This document shows positions 28,129 to 36,365 of a DNA stretch of 64,000 nucleotides, piece after piece. The position numbers were made by a program, and so were the translations under genes. The notes beneath the pieces are model-generated. The model searched no databases. It had not been told where the DNA came from and saw nothing but the letters and a program-made list of their open reading frames with translations. Source of the stretch: a virus. The stretch lies in IMG/VR virus record IMGVR_UViG_3300045988_098422, one strand, 5' to 3'. Every line of letters starts with the position of its first letter. Position 1 is the first letter of the stretch.

Positions 28129-28842
28129 ATGGCTAACAATGCTCTTGCACTTCGTATGAGGTACAAAAAATTATCTGCCGAAGAATTGCAGGCTATCGCT
28201 AATGATAGCAAAAGTAGTGAAACAGAAGTAAAGATTGCTAATGAATTTTTGGCAAAGATGGGTGTAACCGCTGAAGAGGGGGTTAAGAAAGTCGCAGCCA
28301 AAGCAAAAAAGGCAGTTGAAACCAAAGAGGCTGAAGAGGAAGCTGTTACTAAAAAGGCAACTCCGAAAAAGGCTGCAAAGAAAGCTGATGCAGAAACACA
28401 GGAAGAAAGCGTGGAAAAGGCTGCAAAGAGCCAAGTAGTAGAATACGAAAGTGACGAACAGCTTACTCCGGAAGAAAAAGCACGTTTGGCAAAAGCCGAA
28501 AAGGAATTTGACGAACGCCAGAAAAGCCGCAAAACTCCTTCCAAGTCCGACAAAGCAATGAAACCCGCTACTAAAGAAAAGAAAGAAAAGGGTGCTCCTC
28601 GCGAAACCAAACGCCAAAATTTGGACGAAAGTAAGGAAGTTCCGGGATTGAAAATTGGTAGCAAAGTAACTTTGCAAGACGGTGGTGAAGTTGGTGAAAT
28701 TACCCGTGTATATGTTTCCGGAGACGGAAAAGAAAAGTGCATGGTAAAATTCGGGGACAACAAACCAATTAAGAAGCGTGTAACGGCTGTTACATTGGCT
28801 GATGAAGCACCTAAGAAAGCCCCTGCAAAGAAAAATAAATAA
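28129..28842 (+). CDS. Lys/Glu/Ala-rich protein with small C-terminal beta-rich (KOW/SH3-like) domain
   Basis: Low-complexity AKKA/KEKK tracts over aa 55-160, then GSKVTLQDGGEVGEITRVYVSGDGKEKCMVKF. Both antisense ORFs here are low-complexity shadows. Confidence 0.5.
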   Translation: MANNALALRMRYKKLSAEELQAIANDSKSSETEVKIANEFLAKMGVTAEEGVKKVAAKAKKAVETKEAEEEAVTKKATPKKAAKKADAETQEESVEKAAKSQVVEYESDEQLTPEEKARLAKAEKEFDERQKSRKTPSKSDKAMKPATKEKKEKGAPRETKRQNLDESKEVPGLKIGSKVTLQDGGEVGEITRVYVSGDGKEKCMVKFGDNKPIKKRVTAVTLADEAPKKAPAKKNK

Positions 28843-29591
28843 TGGTATCCGATAGCGGTACATTAATTTTAGTGAAAGGTATTTCAGGAAGTGGCAAATC
28901 TACACGGGTTTACTTATTCCTGGAATACCTTGAACATATAGGGGTGTCTTTTGAACCGTTTAAGTTTGTAAATATTGAGGGCAAAGAACGGGAAATTGGC
29001 GTGTATGCTAAAGACCTAGATATGGTATTTGTCGGCAAGTTTTACGAAAACGGTGGAATAAGACGTTGGCAGGGCTACGACAGTGTTACGGGAAGATTAC
29101 ATAAGGCTGAGGGGCTGAGCTACTTCCTAACCGAAATGTCCAATGCTGGACATACCGTTGTGATAGACGGTGCGGGTACGACGGCTTCGTGGCGTTTGCG
29201 ACCTTTGGAGTTGGGTGCAACCAACGGAATATTGAACATTCTCCATATCCGGTACGATTATACTGACGAACAATGGGATGAATATTGTAAAAGGATTGTG
29301 TACCGTTCCGGTAAAGAGCCGAAAGGGGATGCAATGTGGCGCAAGCATGGTACTTTTGAGAGTGATTATAAAAAAGCCGTAGAGGAAGCCAAAGAGGTGA
29401 ATGACCTCGGAGCTTGTGTTGAGGTATATAATCGTCCGTATAATACTCCAGTGTATGATTTGGGGGCGAGCATATTAAAGTTCATCGGTTTGCCTGAATT
29501 GGTGGATGACTTTGTTACCTACTGTAAGAATTCAAATTATTTGCAACTTAATTCTTTTGAAACTTTTGAAAATGGCAAAGAAAACAACTGA
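28842..29591 (+). CDS. P-loop kinase, candidate 5-hydroxymethyluracil DNA kinase (5-HMUDK)
   Basis: Walker A GISGSGKST at aa 13-21, about 250 aa. The 3' end overlaps the aGPT-Pplase-like ORF by 20 nt. The specific function is inferred from context. Confidence 0.45.
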   Translation: MVSDSGTLILVKGISGSGKSTRVYLFLEYLEHIGVSFEPFKFVNIEGKEREIGVYAKDLDMVFVGKFYENGGIRRWQGYDSVTGRLHKAEGLSYFLTEMSNAGHTVVIDGAGTTASWRLRPLELGATNGILNILHIRYDYTDEQWDEYCKRIVYRSGKEPKGDAMWRKHGTFESDYKKAVEEAKEVNDLGACVEVYNRPYNTPVYDLGASILKFIGLPELVDDFVTYCKNSNYLQLNSFETFENGKENN

Positions 29592-30597
29592 ATTTAAGAC
29601 GAATGACAATTATTTCCACCACCTGTATTGGATAGTGGAACGAATGAATGTGTTTTGGCGCAAGTATAACGGGCAGGAACGCCCGTGGACTGATGACCCT
29701 ATATTGCAGAATTTTAAGTTTACCAACGTGTATAGATGTCTGGATAGAGTGAGCCAATACTTACTCCGTCGGGTAATTTATAACGGTAAACAGTATGAGC
29801 CGGAAGATATGTTTTTCCGGATATTGGTGTTTAAGCACTTCAATAAGTGCGAAACGTGGGATTTATTGGAAAAAGAGCTCGGTGACATTACTTTGGAAGT
29901 AGGGCTAGAAGAAATTGCACGGGTATTAGATGAAGCGGTGGCAAGCGGGGAAACCATTTATGGGAGTGCCTACATTGTGAACTGTTGCTTTTATCAAAAT
30001 CCCGAATACGCCCACATAAAGGGAATGTCTAAGCATCGTGCTCACTTTACTATCTTTGACGATGAAATTTTCCAAAATGGACATTTATACGACTTTTTAG
30101 AGGCACAAAGTTTTGAGGAGTTGTTTTGGCTGTTTAGGAAGATGAAGATTTACGGTGATTTTACTGCACAACAGTATTGCATTGACCTGAATTATTCCCC
30201 TCTATTTAATTTCACGGAAAATGATTTCGTTATCACGGGTCCTGGAAGTCTAAAGGGATTGAGTTGGATAATGGAAGGAGCGACTGGGAAAAAGTATGAT
30301 TATGTAGGTGCGATTAAGTGGTTACAAGAACATTTCTTGGAAAATGTTACGCAGCTATGTGATGAACTTGGAATGGAATGGAAACCGTTGCCGTGGGAAC
30401 CCGTGCCAACATTAACGAATTATCAGAATACGTTGTGTGAAACAAGTAAGTTCGCAAAGGGATTGGGACATACTTTTAAAGAGGGTAAACAGGAGCGTAT
30501 AAAACATACTTACGAACAATCACCGCAAAAGATAGATTTTGTATTTCCACCCAAATGGAATGCAAAGATGCCTGAAGTAGGTGAAATTATTGTCTAA
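29572..30597 (+). CDS. alpha-glutamyl/putrescinyl thymine pyrophosphorylase (aGPT-Pplase)-like protein
   Basis: N-terminal WRKYNGQERPWTDDPILQNFKFTNVYRCLDRVSQYL and later YGDFTAQQYCIDLNY match my recollection of conserved aGPT-Pplase family blocks. ATG at 29572 (the track start at 29506 lies inside the upstream gene). Confidence 0.55.
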   Translation: MAKKTTEFKTNDNYFHHLYWIVERMNVFWRKYNGQERPWTDDPILQNFKFTNVYRCLDRVSQYLLRRVIYNGKQYEPEDMFFRILVFKHFNKCETWDLLEKELGDITLEVGLEEIARVLDEAVASGETIYGSAYIVNCCFYQNPEYAHIKGMSKHRAHFTIFDDEIFQNGHLYDFLEAQSFEELFWLFRKMKIYGDFTAQQYCIDLNYSPLFNFTENDFVITGPGSLKGLSWIMEGATGKKYDYVGAIKWLQEHFLENVTQLCDELGMEWKPLPWEPVPTLTNYQNTLCETSKFAKGLGHTFKEGKQERIKHTYEQSPQKIDFVFPPKWNAKMPEVGEIIV

Positions 30598-30612
30598 CTT
30601 AATTGAATAATT

Positions 30613-31710
30613 ATGTATTTAGAATGTGAAAATTTAAGTGCCGCTTTGATTGCTGTTTGCCAACAGTTATTGGAGCATGGCAAACCAACTGTCCGTAGAG
30701 GATTTAACTGCACAGAATTTCCTGGAGCGGTTATGGTATGTATTACCAACCCGACAGACCGTTATGTACGTGTGCCAGAACGCAAATGGAACAAGACATT
30801 GGGGTGGATTGAGAGCCTTTGGTTGGCTCGTGGCGATAACAGTTTGGCAATGCCATCCGCATACGTTAAGAACTTGTTGAATTTTTCTGATGACGGTGAT
30901 TATATGCGTGCGGGGTATGGTCCGAGGCTGAGGCGTTATGGCGATAACGAGGCAGCGATGACGACAGGACAGGGGATGTTATTACGCCAATACCGTAACG
31001 GGGTAAAAAAGAACGGTCTAGGACAATTGAAAGCTCCTAGTAAGTACCAAAATGCGACCGACCAATTACGGTTCGTAATTGAGAAGTTTAAAGAGGACAT
31101 AGACACTCGTGAGGCAGTAATCAGCATTGCTGACCCTGTAAGTGATGACTTTAATGGTATTGCAGGCAAAGACGCTTCTCCGCTCATTAAAACCAAAGAT
31201 ACCCCCTGCACCCGTTCTATCCATTTTATGATAGTAGATGGAAAGATGAACTGTTATGTGGATATGCGGAGTAACGATGTTATTTGGGGCTTCAGTGCCG
31301 TTAACATTTTTAACTTCACGTTGATGCAGGAATATGTGGCTGCAATTGTGGGTGTTCCTGTTGGCAAGTATTACCACAAAGCTGATAACTTGCACGTGTA
31401 CGAAGACTTTTTGCCTATGGTACAGGAAATCGCTAAACATTACCAAGACTACTTTAGTAGTGGGATTGAGTACCGTTACGAGCCGACGTACCATTCTTTG
31501 GAAGAGTTTGATACGCTGATAAAGGGGCTGTCAGAATTTGAAGAAGCCGTGCGGTCTAACTTCCTGGATAAGAACAAGGCTTCACAATACATAAAGAAGC
31601 AAAAAGACCCGTTGTTCCAGGATTGGGCACGTGTTATTTATTGTTATTGGTTCAAAGAAGTGGTAGAATTTAACAACCCGTTACTGAATGAGTTGTTTAC
31701 ACACTTGTAA
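30613..31710 (+). CDS. thymidylate synthase (ThyA)-fold enzyme, candidate dUMP hydroxymethyltransferase
   Basis: PCTRSIHFMIVDGKMNCYVDMRSNDVIWGFSAVNIFNF aligns with ThyA [37 protein letters not shown]. Catalytic Cys199 is at 31207-31209 and Asn231 at 31303-31305. ADNLHVYED aligns with GDxHxY. 365 aa, about 100 aa longer than ThyA. Confidence 0.7.
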   Translation: MYLECENLSAALIAVCQQLLEHGKPTVRRGFNCTEFPGAVMVCITNPTDRYVRVPERKWNKTLGWIESLWLARGDNSLAMPSAYVKNLLNFSDDGDYMRAGYGPRLRRYGDNEAAMTTGQGMLLRQYRNGVKKNGLGQLKAPSKYQNATDQLRFVIEKFKEDIDTREAVISIADPVSDDFNGIAGKDASPLIKTKDTPCTRSIHFMIVDGKMNCYVDMRSNDVIWGFSAVNIFNFTLMQEYVAAIVGVPVGKYYHKADNLHVYEDFLPMVQEIAKHYQDYFSSGIEYRYEPTYHSLEEFDTLIKGLSEFEEAVRSNFLDKNKASQYIKKQKDPLFQDWARVIYCYWFKEVVEFNNPLLNELFTHL

Positions 31711-31737
31711 GAGAAATAAATTAAAAATAGATTTCGT

Positions 31738-32277
31738 ATGAATTTTAGAAAGATTGACATCCTGTTAGGGATGAAGGAGATACAAAGGTTGCCCAATACA
31801 CCTCATCACCGTGGCTACAATTTGCTTGAGCATGGGATGGTCGTGGGAATGTTGTTTAGGTGGTTTGCATCAGAAGAAGACGTTGCCTACGATATTAATG
31901 TTTTTGACAAAGTGTTGCTTCATGATTACGTTGAGAGTGTAACGGGCGACCTCAATAGTTGTGTGAAGAATTTCAGCCCCGCCACCAAAGCCGCATGGGA
32001 GCTCATAGAACGTGAAATTTGTAGCACCGATATAGTACTTCAGCCGTACAGTGATGATGCCTTAAAGAAGGGAATGACCGACTTACAGCACCGATTGTTT
32101 AAGATGTGTGATTATTTGGACTTATGGATATTTTGCAAAAACGAAATAGCGTTGGGAAATGCCTGTAAGAAGATAAAGATGTGCCTAAATAATTGTGAGG
32201 TTGCGTTGTGCCGTATTTCCAACGATTTTAAAGATTTTAAGAGTATAAAGAAATTCATGGAACAGTATGAGCCATAA
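31738..32277 (+). CDS. HD-domain phosphohydrolase (YfbR-like 5'-deoxynucleotidase candidate)
   Basis: H..(LLEH)..(LLHDYVE)..D pattern: HHRGYNLLEHGMVVG and VLLHDYVESVTGDL. Confidence 0.6.
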   Translation: MNFRKIDILLGMKEIQRLPNTPHHRGYNLLEHGMVVGMLFRWFASEEDVAYDINVFDKVLLHDYVESVTGDLNSCVKNFSPATKAAWELIEREICSTDIVLQPYSDDALKKGMTDLQHRLFKMCDYLDLWIFCKNEIALGNACKKIKMCLNNCEVALCRISNDFKDFKSIKKFMEQYEP

Positions 32278-32911
32278 AGGAAAGATATATGGAATAGTAG
32301 GTGTTATCGGTAGCGGTAAGACTTACAGGGCTGAACAGTTACAATATGACGCAGCAGTTGAAGAACGCCCAATGATACTTGGTGATTTTAGCGAGGGTAT
32401 CCGTCAGACGTTAATGAACATTTTCACAGGTAGAAACAGGGGTGTTCAGTTGGATAGTAGTGTCTATGCAGGTTGGAAGAATGCCCAACAGTCAATTCTA
32501 TTACCAACTTCTGGGAATGGGTTGTTACCCGATACTGTTAAAGTAACGGGTCGTGAAATGTTGCAGCGTACCGGAGAATATTTAAAAATGTTGGCGGGCG
32601 AAGATGTTTGGGCAAAATGGACGGCTCAAGATATTTTGAACCGTTGGTCAAAAATAGATATTGATAAAAGAGAACAGTGTGATATCGTGTTTGGTTCTTT
32701 GCGGTTTGATTGCGAAGCGGCACAACTGTTTAACTTGTCTAAAGCCACAGAAAAAGAAGTAGAAATTATTTTCTGCAATTTTAAAAGTGGCAAGTACGAA
32801 TTGAACGACCATGTTAGCGAAGACTTTGCAAGGTATTTCCTAGACAAAGGCTGCAAGGACGGTGAGAATATTACTGATTTGGTAAAAGAAAAATTGCATG
32901 GAAGAATTTAA
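32267..32911 (+). CDS. P-loop deoxynucleoside monophosphate kinase-like protein
   Basis: IYGIVGVIGSGKTY Walker A at the N-terminus, 214 aa. Overlaps both flanking genes. Confidence 0.5.
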   Translation: MSHKGKIYGIVGVIGSGKTYRAEQLQYDAAVEERPMILGDFSEGIRQTLMNIFTGRNRGVQLDSSVYAGWKNAQQSILLPTSGNGLLPDTVKVTGREMLQRTGEYLKMLAGEDVWAKWTAQDILNRWSKIDIDKREQCDIVFGSLRFDCEAAQLFNLSKATEKEVEIIFCNFKSGKYELNDHVSEDFARYFLDKGCKDGENITDLVKEKLHGRI

Positions 32912-35900
32912 AGCATATTTGACGAACAACCTAATGTCGTTTACGCAAGTTTCTGACTATGTTGTAGAAATTGGTGGGAAGACATTTGAGTTGTACCAGC
33001 CCGCCTACGATGGTGCATTGTTTGACGACGACTTTAATTTTGTTGGAGTACCTATGCACGAACGAGGTGAGGATATTACAACGGAGTGCGACTTTTATGC
33101 TTATAAATTTGGGGGCGTATATTATATGCTTGAAAAGGGGAAGGAAAACGCTGTTAAGTTAACCCGTCTGAAGTATGTGGGGGAAGCACAACAGGAAATT
33201 CCAACCCCTGTCTTTTTGGGCGTACATGGGCAGTATGAAATGATGAGTGGGACGGGTACATATAGTGAATGGTGCAAGAAAGCCAAATTTTTAGGCGTGC
33301 ATACATTGGGTATATGTGAACGGAACAGTTTGGCAGGTGCGTTGAAATTTCAAACAGAATGCAAGGCAAACGGCTTGAAAAGTGTTATTGGAATGGAGTG
33401 CACCGTGTATGATATTCCAAACGATTATCGTTTTACTGTTAAAGTGTATGCGATGAATGAAAATGGTTGGCGTGACTTGCTGACTATAAATAAGTTCATT
33501 AATTGCGATAACCCCAAATATATAAGTCTGGAGGACTTTAGGGCGATAACCCTGCATAATGATAACCTGATGTTGTTTATAGACCCAAAGACTTTGGACT
33601 ACGACAAACTAGCGGGATTGAAATTAGATGTTGGGGTATATCAATTAGACCCCTGTGAATATGTAGACGACAGCCGTGATGAATGGTACTTAAAGAACTT
33701 GAAAAAGTTTTTTAAAGACAGAAACTTGATGCCCGTGCCAATGGGTGACGCATGGTATTTGGATGAGGAGTATTGTTGCATTCGCCCTCGGTTACATAGT
33801 ATTGGCGGTACAACTGCTTATGAAAGCGAAAACCAATACTTTAAATCTAATGACCAACTTTTCTTGGAGTTGGCAGCTATGTTTCCAGATACTGACGAGG
33901 GGTTTGAGGACGCCTATCAGCGTTTCACAGACGCAGCTAGTTTGTTGGAAGACATTGCATTGGGAATTGATTTTACAGTTAATGTGAAACAGCGACATTT
34001 ACCACATTATAAGATGACTCCTGATGAGGCAAAAGTGTACGATACTAATGAAGACCTCTTTTGGGCTCTTATTGCCGAGGGGCTTGATAAGCATCCTGAC
34101 TTACTTGCAACATGGGGCGAAGATGTAATTATGGAACGCATAGACCGTGAAGTGGGGGTTATAAAGCTAGGCGAGGCAATTGATTACTTTTTAATTACAT
34201 GGGATATCATTAATTGGTGTCACCGTAATGGAATAATGACAGGAATAAGTCGTGGTTCAGCGGGTGGATGCTTGGTGTCGTATCTATTGGGAATTACCAA
34301 ACTTGACCCAATGCGTTATGACTTACTTTTTGAGCGTTTCTTGAACGCAGGACGTGTTAAGGTTTCACTCCCCGATATTGACTGTGACTATCCAGGAGAA
34401 GACCGACCCCGTGTAAAGAAATACATGGAAGAACGTTACGGGTGGCAACAGGTTTGTTCTGTGGGAACTTATAGTGCATTGCAACTACGGGCAGCGATTA
34501 AGGATATGGCACGAGTGTACGGGCTTGACTTTCAGGAAATGAACGACATGATGAAAGCGTTTGACGTTAAAGACCGTAAACCTGAAGACCTGTTTAAAAT
34601 TGCGTGTGCCAACAGCCGTGTCAAAGATTTCGTAAAAACGTATCCAGATTTAATTAACGAAGTAATGTTGATTATGCCTGCACCTAAGGCACAAAGTATC
34701 CATGCGTGTGCGATGATGGTTTTCCCAGATGAGCACGATATGTTCAGGTGGGTTCCTATTCGTAAACAGGGTGACGATTATGTGACAGAATGGGAAGGCG
34801 GTGAAATGGATGCAGCCGGATTTTTGAAAGAGGACGTTTTGGGGGTAGCCCAATTTGATAAATTTCAAGACATGGTACGCCTCATCAAAGAGCACGAAAA
34901 TGTGGATTTGGATATATTTAGTGTACCGCTTGATGACAAAGAGGTTTACAGGTTTTTCCAGAACGGGTGGAATGAAGATAATTTTCACTTCGGTAGCCGT
35001 GGATTAACGGGTTATTGCCGTCAGATGAAACCTGAAAATATTGAAGACCTGATTGCCGCTATTTCGTTGTATCGTCCGGGAGCAATGGAAAACAACTTCC
35101 ATAATGAGTACGTGTTGCGTAAAGAGGGCAAAAAGACGGTGGAGTATTTTACAGGCACACAAGATATTCTTAAGAACACGTATGGAGTATTTGCCTATCA
35201 GGAGCAAATTATGCAACTTTGTCGGGAGCTAGGCGGGTTGTCTTTGGTAGAAGCTGATGACGTGCGTAAAGCAATGGTAAAGAAGAAGTACGAGGCACTG
35301 CAACAGTACAAAGAACGGTTTATTCCGTATTACCGTGATACCTATCATGTAACACAGGAATACAGTGAAAATGTGTGGGATGCTATTGATAAGGCTAGTA
35401 CTTATCTTTTCAATCGTAGCCATGCCGCAGCGTATGCAATAACAGGTTATATTTCTCAATGGATTAAAGTACATTATCCAATAGAATACTGGAGTGTGGC
35501 GTTTAAATATGCACAGGACTTTGACTATTCCCGTTATATTGCGGAAATCAATAAGACTGGGATGTGTACGGTTCGGCAGGTGGACATAAACATATCCAGC
35601 ACGGATGTAGTTATCAACTTTACGGAAAAGGCTCTATATTGGGCTATAACCGGAGTTAAGCAGGTTGCCGAAAAAGCGGCTACGCAAATATTAAAAGAGC
35701 GTGACGAAAATGGACAGTACTTTTCACTAAGCGATTTTATTAGTCGCCATAAATGGAAAGGCTCGGCAGTAAATAGCCGTGTAATTAGAAACCTTATATT
35801 GGCAGGTGCATTTGACAAACTTGAAGGAGTTACCAAAGCTAAGGACAGAATTGACCTGTTAGTGGAATATTTGGGCAAAGCGAGTGTAGCCGTACGGGAA

Positions 35901-36365
35901 GATGATATTGTATTAACAGGGGCTGACCGCCATGCGAATGATGAATGGTGGTGGGCGTTATTACAAAAGAAAGTATCGGGTTTTGCGTTCTTTAATTACG
36001 AGAGCATTTATAAACGGTTTGTCGGTGAGTTCCCAGAGGAATATGAATACGCAACGTTTGAGGAGTGTTTAGACACGGAACATCTTGCTCACAATGGTTA
36101 TGTCGTGGTAGCGGGTTATATTGCTGAAATGGAGATTAAAAAGACCAAAAAAGGCGAAATGATGGCACGCTTAACACTCGAGGCTAACTACGAATTTTTG
36201 GAAGTAATGATATTCCAGCAAGAATATCAGCAGCTTTCCGACTTATTGGTGGCAGGGCGTGCTAACCTGCTATTAATTAATGGAGTTGTTTCTTATGATA
36301 AGCGCAAAGAAAGTAATATTCTACGGGCTAATTATGAAACCAACATTGTCACCTTAACGCTATGA
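32898..36365 (+). CDS. dnaE: DNA polymerase III alpha subunit (DnaE-type) with ~105-aa N-terminal extension
   Basis: 1155 aa. PHP region FLGVHGQYEMMSG..HTLGICERNSLAG. Palm/fingers blocks GISRGSAGGCLVSYLLGITKLDP, LPDIDCDY, YQEQIMQ, FNRSHAAAYA. OB-fold-like C-terminus. Confidence 0.85.
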   Translation: MEEFKAYLTNNLMSFTQVSDYVVEIGGKTFELYQPAYDGALFDDDFNFVGVPMHERGEDITTECDFYAYKFGGVYYMLEKGKENAVKLTRLKYVGEAQQEIPTPVFLGVHGQYEMMSGTGTYSEWCKKAKFLGVHTLGICERNSLAGALKFQTECKANGLKSVIGMECTVYDIPNDYRFTVKVYAMNENGWRDLLTINKFINCDNPKYISLEDFRAITLHNDNLMLFIDPKTLDYDKLAGLKLDVGVYQLDPCEYVDDSRDEWYLKNLKKFFKDRNLMPVPMGDAWYLDEEYCCIRPRLHSIGGTTAYESENQYFKSNDQLFLELAAMFPDTDEGFEDAYQRFTDAASLLEDIALGIDFTVNVKQRHLPHYKMTPDEAKVYDTNEDLFWALIAEGLDKHPDLLATWGEDVIMERIDREVGVIKLGEAIDYFLITWDIINWCHRNGIMTGISRGSAGGCLVSYLLGITKLDPMRYDLLFERFLNAGRVKVSLPDIDCDYPGEDRPRVKKYMEERYGWQQVCSVGTYSALQLRAAIKDMARVYGLDFQEMNDMMKAFDVKDRKPEDLFKIACANSRVKDFVKTYPDLINEVMLIMPAPKAQSIHACAMMVFPDEHDMFRWVPIRKQGDDYVTEWEGGEMDAAGFLKEDVLGVAQFDKFQDMVRLIKEHENVDLDIFSVPLDDKEVYRFFQNGWNEDNFHFGSRGLTGYCRQMKPENIEDLIAAISLYRPGAMENNFHNEYVLRKEGKKTVEYFTGTQDILKNTYGVFAYQEQIMQLCRELGGLSLVEADDVRKAMVKKKYEALQQYKERFIPYYRDTYHVTQEYSENVWDAIDKASTYLFNRSHAAAYAITGYISQWIKVHYPIEYWSVAFKYAQDFDYSRYIAEINKTGMCTVRQVDINISSTDVVINFTEKALYWAITGVKQVAEKAATQILKERDENGQYFSLSDFISRHKWKGSAVNSRVIRNLILAGAFDKLEGVTKAKDRIDLLVEYLGKASVAVREDDIVLTGADRHANDEWWWALLQKKVSGFAFFNYESIYKRFVGEFPEEYEYATFEECLDTEHLAHNGYVVVAGYIAEMEIKKTKKGEMMARLTLEANYEFLEVMIFQQEYQQLSDLLVAGRANLLLINGVVSYDKRKESNILRANYETNIVTLTL

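Noticed and set aside
28110-28863. Two long minus-strand ORFs (28110-28763 and 28171-28863)
   Set aside because: Both are antisense to the low-complexity Lys/Glu/Ala-rich gene. GAA/AAG/GCN repeats lack stops in the reverse frames. Their products are Ser/Phe/Leu homopolymer-like.
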